Source: Nitrosopumilus sp. (GTDB taxonomy: Archaea > Thermoproteota > Nitrososphaeria > Nitrososphaerales > Nitrosopumilaceae). From it: a stretch of DNA of 64,000 nt. The notes under the pieces were generated by a model. It worked only from the letters and a program-made list of their open reading frames with translations. It was not told the DNA's origin and did no database searches. The stretch is from assembly GCA_965207075.1 (NCBI GenBank), contig CBDBLO010000002.1, positions 1,920,001 through 1,984,000 of the forward strand, read 5' to 3'. A program made the position numbers and the translations under genes. This document shows positions 59,470 through 64,000 of the stretch, piece by piece (position 1 is the first letter of the stretch; the number at the start of each line of letters is the position of its first letter).

Positions 59470-61106
59470 GACTCCCTCCTATCACTCCCGTGCGCAACCG
59501 CGCCGTCTTCCCGGCATCGCGCGTAATACCTGTGCATGTACGACGCCGCCAGCACGGGCGCCCCCACGTATATCATCAGGATTGCAAGCAGCGCGGCAAT
59601 GCCGTACGCCAGCACCTCGGACTCGGAGCCGGCGTGATCCATGATGCCCAGCGTGTAGAGCATCGGGGTCAGGAGCGTCCTGACCATGTCCCTGAATACT
59701 GGATTCTCGCGCTCATAGTCGGCCACGTGCGGCGAGAACGAATAGTACACGACGTTGAACCCCTCCACAAACGACGAGCCGGCCTGCGTCTGCGCGAGTT
59801 GGTTGTCCCGTATCTCCCGGAGCAGCTGAACCTGGGGCGCCATCTCAGAGCCGTACGCGGCAGTCGCGATGAGGCATCCCCCGCCCCTCTCGTCGTCACT
59901 GCCGGCCGCGTCAGGCCCCGTCGTGGAGATTACTGGGGGCGGGGGCGGCTCGGTCCCGATTATGACGCAGTATCCGTTGGCAAGCTCGGTCCCCTCGCCG
60001 CACTCGCCGTACTCTTGGCCCGGCTTTAGCTCAAGCCCGGGCGGGAGCTCGACTCCGGGGGCCACCACGGGAGGGGGCAGCTCCGGCTCGGCCGGGACAC
60101 CGCCGCCGCTGCCGCCGGCAGGATCAGGCAGCCCGACGGCGTGGTATATGGAATCATACTGCGCGTAGTTCGTGTCAAACCACTCCTTGTACGAGGGCTC
60201 CGCGTGGTAGCGGTCCACGTAGGTCTGGGGGTCGACTGACAGGTCTACAAAACTGGCAGGTATCAAAAGTATGCCCACCGCGTCGTATATGGAGCCGTAC
60301 TCTGCAAGGTAGTTTGCGTCATACCACTCCTTGTACGAGGGCTCCGTGTGGTACCGGTCCACGTAGGTATTGGGGTCGACTGCCGGGTCGACGAACGGGG
60401 CGAGCGCCGAGAGATCCCTTGCGGGCTGGGACGGTTCCGGCTCATCTAGAAACACGTCGGGGTCGGGAATCCCCACCGCGTCGTATATGGAGCCGTACTC
60501 TGCAAGGTAGTTTGCGTCATACCACTCCTTGTACGAGGTGTCGGTGAGGTACCGGTCCACGTAGGTCCAGGGGCTGACTGTCGGGTCGACGAACGGGGCG
60601 AGCGCCGCGATGTCCCTTGACGGGGGCGGTGCCATCTCGTCTACAAACGTGTCGAGGTCGGGAATCCCCACCGCGTCGTATATGGAGCCGTACTCTGCAA
60701 GGTAGTTTGCGTCATACCACTCCTTGTACGAGGGGTCGGTGAGGTACCGTTCCACGTAGGTGATGGGGTCGACTGCCGGGTCGACGAACGGGGCGAGCGC
60801 CGCAGCATCCCTTGCAAACGGTGGTGCCGGTTCCGGGGCCGCGTTGGGGTCGGCAAGCCCCACAGCGTGGTATATCGAGTCATATTGTGAATAGTTATTG
60901 TCAAACCACTCCTTGTACGAGGGCTCCGCGTGGTAGCGGTCCACGTAGGTCTGGGGGTCGGTGCCGGGCTCTACGAATCCGGCGGGGACAGGCGGGGACC
61001 CGGCGGCCTGCGCGTGGGCGGGTATGGCGGACGGCACGAGGCAGGCGGCGGCGATCGCTGCCACTGCCACCACGGCGATCATATGCGGGATGCTTGCGTG
61101 CATCAT
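59463..61106 (-). CDS. Surface protein with five PFVD..YVDRY repeats and a CFI-box-CTERM domain
   Basis: GGGCLIATAAYGSEMAPQVQLLRE..YYSFSP followed by a C-terminal TM helix. Confidence 0.88.
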   Translation of the reverse strand: MMHASIPHMIAVVAVAAIAAACLVPSAIPAHAQAAGSPPVPAGFVEPGTDPQTYVDRYHAEPSYKEWFDNNYSQYDSIYHAVGLADPNAAPEPAPPFARDAAALAPFVDPAVDPITYVERYLTDPSYKEWYDANYLAEYGSIYDAVGIPDLDTFVDEMAPPPSRDIAALAPFVDPTVSPWTYVDRYLTDTSYKEWYDANYLAEYGSIYDAVGIPDPDVFLDEPEPSQPARDLSALAPFVDPAVDPNTYVDRYHTEPSYKEWYDANYLAEYGSIYDAVGILLIPASFVDLSVDPQTYVDRYHAEPSYKEWFDTNYAQYDSIYHAVGLPDPAGGSGGGVPAEPELPPPVVAPGVELPPGLELKPGQEYGECGEGTELANGYCVIIGTEPPPPPVISTTGPDAAGSDDERGGGCLIATAAYGSEMAPQVQLLREIRDNQLAQTQAGSSFVEGFNVVYYSFSPHVADYERENPVFRDMVRTLLTPMLYTLGIMDHAGSESEVLAYGIAALLAILMIYVGAPVLAASYMHRYYARCREDGAVAHGSDRRESC

Positions 61107-61176
61107 ACGATGCTCGCGCTAACTGTTTAAAAGCGTGAGCAGTCCGCCGCGCGCTGGGTGTACGCCTGCCTGCAGG

Positions 61177-61659
61177 TCACAGATCAAGCAGAAATCGCAC
61201 AGACGCGCCCGCCTCCGACCTCTTGATGCTCATCTCATGAAAGGTCGGCGCCTTTATCTCCAGCTTGAAGCCGTGCCGTTTCAGGTCAAGCGGCTCGCCG
61301 TAGGCTCGCGCGCGTATGGAAAGGGGCTCCGCGGCGCTGCTGCCGCTGCCATCGCCACCGGAGGCGGCCGCGGCGTCCAGGTCAGACGACGCCCCCTCGT
61401 CAATCTCGACCCGCCTTATCGCAAACCCGCGCGTTATCAGCGCGAATATTATCTCCTCAAGCCAGCTGTACAAGAGGTACGACAGGTCCTCGCCCTCCGC
61501 CCTTATCTCCACATAGTCACACTCGGCCACCGAGCCCCGGTCAAGCGTCAGGTCGACTGCCGCGTCGGCGGCCGCGGCAAAGGCCTCCCGCATGCTCTTC
61601 CCCTCCGCCTCGACGACCGCGTCGGTGGCGTGCTCCAAGAACCGGTAGCCTCGCTCCAC
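61177..61659 (-). CDS. Archease
   Basis: YRFLEHATDA, EIKAPTFH and FLLDL. Confidence 0.92.
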   Translation of the reverse strand: MERGYRFLEHATDAVVEAEGKSMREAFAAAADAAVDLTLDRGSVAECDYVEIRAEGEDLSYLLYSWLEEIIFALITRGFAIRRVEIDEGASSDLDAAAASGGDGSGSSAAEPLSIRARAYGEPLDLKRHGFKLEIKAPTFHEMSIKRSEAGASVRFLLDL

Positions 61660-61714
61660 GCGGTTGCCTGAGTTGTGCCACTATTAACGTCTCACGCGCG
61701 GCAAAGCCGGGGCG

Positions 61715-62254
61715 TCACCGGGCGGAGAGCTCCGCGCTCCCGAACAGGACGCTGAACGGCTCGCACCATATCAGCACGTGGTCGTACTTTTCAAGGTCGA
61801 GCCCCTCTGGAATCTCATAGTTCTGGTTTCCGCGGTTTGCCTTCAGGTCGCCCAGGGATACGTAGTCCGTGGCCCTTGTGTCGGTGGCAAGGTAGACGCG
61901 CAGTCCGGGGCCGTTCGTGGAGTAAAAGTCCTCCAGGCGCAGGACGTTGCTGCCGTCCCCGAGGGGTATCGTGTAGGCGCTCCCGCCGGCGTCGTGTATC
62001 CCGTCTCCCACCCCGACAAAGGTCCCGGCGTACGATACGGGAGTCATCATATCCTGCAGATCGGACGGGCCTGCACCGCTGCCGTCGCCGCCGCCAACAA
62101 CTGGGACGGCAGGATCCGCGGGCGGCATCACCGTCACGCCCTGCGGCATCGGCTCGTCGATTGTAGATTCCGTGAAATATGGGGATACGGCATAGCCGAC
62201 CCCGGCCCCCACGATGACGATCGCCGCAATCGCGGCGAGCTTTTTTGCTCCCAT
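61715..62254 (-). CDS. DM13-domain membrane-anchored protein
   Basis: HDAGG, NGPGLRVYL, LKANRGNQNY and IWCEPFSVLFG. Confidence 0.88.
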   Translation of the reverse strand: MGAKKLAAIAAIVIVGAGVGYAVSPYFTESTIDEPMPQGVTVMPPADPAVPVVGGGDGSGAGPSDLQDMMTPVSYAGTFVGVGDGIHDAGGSAYTIPLGDGSNVLRLEDFYSTNGPGLRVYLATDTRATDYVSLGDLKANRGNQNYEIPEGLDLEKYDHVLIWCEPFSVLFGSAELSAR

Positions 62255-62341
62255 GCGGTCACGGCGTCCTCTCCATATATAGCAGATTGTCCTATTCTGG
62301 GCATCGGAAAGGTAGTTAGTGAGGCACAGGGGCCGCACAGC

Positions 62342-62887
62342 ATGGAGCCGTTTGAGGAGTTCCTTGCATGGATTGCGGAGATTCTCGGCGGTCACCTGTA
62401 CGAGGGCATATTTCTGGCCGCCCTGATAGAGACCATCGTGCCGCCCGTCCCGACGCTTGCCGTGTTCCCGACGGCCGGGTTCATCGCGTCGCAGAGCGGC
62501 GTTCCGCCGGAGGGCCTCATCCCGCTCGTCATGCTGGGGGCCGCGGGCGCCACGATAGGCTCCACTGCAATATACGCGGTGGCGCTAAAGCTCGGCAGGG
62601 CCGTGATGCTCAGGTACCTCGGGCGCCTCCGCATATCCGAGGAGAAGCTAGAGCGCGTCGAGGAGTGGTTTGGGAGGCACGGCGACAAGACCGTGTTCAT
62701 ATGCAGGATGATGCCCGTCATGAGGGAGATGATATCCATACCGGCGGGACTGTTTAAGATGAGGGCGCTCAAGTTCGTCACATACACGTACGCGGGCTCG
62801 GCGGTCTGGGCGTGCGCGACCATACTGGCGGGGTACTACTTTGGAGAGGCCATCGGGCTTGCCGGCGCGGCGGCCGGCGGGCCATAA
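62342..62887 (+). CDS. DedA-family membrane protein
   Basis: IETIVPPVP, AGF, GSTAIY and FICRMMPVMREMISIPAG. Confidence 0.9.
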   Translation: MEPFEEFLAWIAEILGGHLYEGIFLAALIETIVPPVPTLAVFPTAGFIASQSGVPPEGLIPLVMLGAAGATIGSTAIYAVALKLGRAVMLRYLGRLRISEEKLERVEEWFGRHGDKTVFICRMMPVMREMISIPAGLFKMRALKFVTYTYAGSAVWACATILAGYYFGEAIGLAGAAAGGP

Positions 62888-64000
62888 CCGGGGCGCGCGC
62901 CCGCGCTGCGCGCGGCACGCAGCGCGCCGTGCGCCAGCGACTGCGGGGCTGCCGCGGCAAGGACAAGGGTCGCGACGACGGCAACTGCGGCCGCGGCCAT
63001 CACGAGTATCGCGCTCGGATACTCCGGCACCACGTGCTCCCCGATTATCGCAACGCGCCCGCTCTCCAGTCCCGTGCCGACCGTTATGATGTAGTGGTCC
63101 GGCCCGTGCCGTACCGCATAGGCGGCCGCGGGATCTGCTGCGTCGCCGTTGCCGTTGTCACCTCCATCCAGATAGCCTGCATGCCCAGAGGCCTCCGAGA
63201 CGGGTATCATGTCCCCGGACTCGTCATATATCACGACCTCAAAGGGGGCCGAGACCAGCGGCCTCTGCACGTACAGGGAGAGGGACGAGCCCGCATGCCC
63301 GTGGCCGCTGTCCGTGCCGGATTTGGCAAACCCAAAGTCCAGGCTCTTCTGTCCTATGTCAAATGTGAGGGACGGGACCTCGTATCCCGGATGCCGCAGC
63401 GCGGCCGTTAGCGGCCCCGTGTCGGCCGTCTCTGGGCCGTCATACGTGAGCACGCGAAGCTGTTGTTGCTGCTGCTCTGGGGCCGCGCCGCTGTGCGCCG
63501 CCTCGTACAACGGTTCGATGCGCAGTATGCGGTCATCCTCCGGAACCGGGGCCCCCCGGCCGTCCCTGTTGCTTGTGAGCACGTACAGGTGCCCGTCGGG
63601 GCCCGTCTGGACGTCGCGCAGCCTGCCAAACTCGCCCCCAAACAGCGGCGTGTGCGACACTATCGCGCCGTCGGGGTCCAGCTGTACCATCTGGAGCGTG
63701 CGCCCAAGCAGCGTCGCCACAAAGTAGCGGCCCTGCCACTCGGGTATCACGTCGGACTCGTAGAACTCGGCGCCCGACGGGGCCCACGTGCTGCCGCCCG
63801 TGTGGAACGCGGGGTTCTCGTACGGCGCTCCGTCGCCGCCGTTGTCGGTACTGTCACCGATTACGACGGGCCAGCCGTAGTTACCGCCCTTTGCAATCAC
63901 GTTTATCTCGTCGTGCCCCACCCCCAGGCGCCCGGACGGCCCGTGCTCCGTTATGATCATGCGCCCGTCGCGATCCCAGTCCATGCCCTGCGGGTTCCTG
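62836..64000 (-). CDS. PQQ-dependent aldose/glucose-sorbosone dehydrogenase with PEF-like C-terminal sorting segment (5' end outside window)
   Basis: RNPQG, TEHGP, DEIN, GGNYGWP, APSG, GRLRDV..GPDG and VVPEYP followed by a TM segment. Confidence 0.85.
   Translation of the reverse strand, partial: RNPQGMDWDRDGRMIITEHGPSGRLGVGHDEINVIAKGGNYGWPVVIGDSTDNGGDGAPYENPAFHTGGSTWAPSGAEFYESDVIPEWQGRYFVATLLGRTLQMVQLDPDGAIVSHTPLFGGEFGRLRDVQTGPDGHLYVLTSNRDGRGAPVPEDDRILRIEPLYEAAHSGAAPEQQQQQLRVLTYDGPETADTGPLTAALRHPGYEVPSLTFDIGQKSLDFGFAKSGTDSGHGHAGSSLSLYVQRPLVSAPFEVVIYDESGDMIPVSEASGHAGYLDGGDNGNGDAADPAAAYAVRHGPDHYIITVGTGLESGRVAIIGEHVVPEYPSAILVMAAAAVAVVATLVLAAAAPQSLAHGALRAARSAGARPGYGPPAAAPASPMASPK

Overview
Archaeal DNA, most likely a GC-rich ammonia-oxidising archaeon (Nitrososphaerota/Thaumarchaeota). 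The basis is rpl7ae-rps28e-rpl24e-ndk-aIF5B, Alba, archease, CFI-box and IP.W-type surface proteins, and archaeal sdhABCD. The window has two parts. (1) <1 to ~35,460 is a composite integrated island. It holds two diverged, oppositely oriented copies of one module: a large HerA/TraD/VirB4-like ATPase with C-terminal wHTH and nuclease-like domains, a convergent AbrB-fold gene, a helically phased TGCA-N5-TGCA array and a conserved double-hairpin element. In the complete copy this module is joined to a ParM/StbA-like actin, long covarying palindromes and a tyrosine integrase. Cargo includes a MORC/GHKL ATPase, two DNA methyltransferases, a Gabija-like OLD nuclease plus UvrD pair, an AAA ATPase plus nuclease pair, a ClpP-like protease, a large surface protein with three identical cupredoxin repeats, and several IS elements. 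(2) ~35,560 to 64,000 is mostly core genome, interrupted by an IS903-like element, an AT-rich DUF2130 islet and a small cassette flanked by 49-bp inverted repeats. The best candidate for a new system is the actin + AbrB-fold adaptor + phased centromere-like array + translocase/nuclease module; the actin and AbrB genes share a 13-bp upstream motif at identical spacing. All family assignments come from motifs read by eye, not from database searches.
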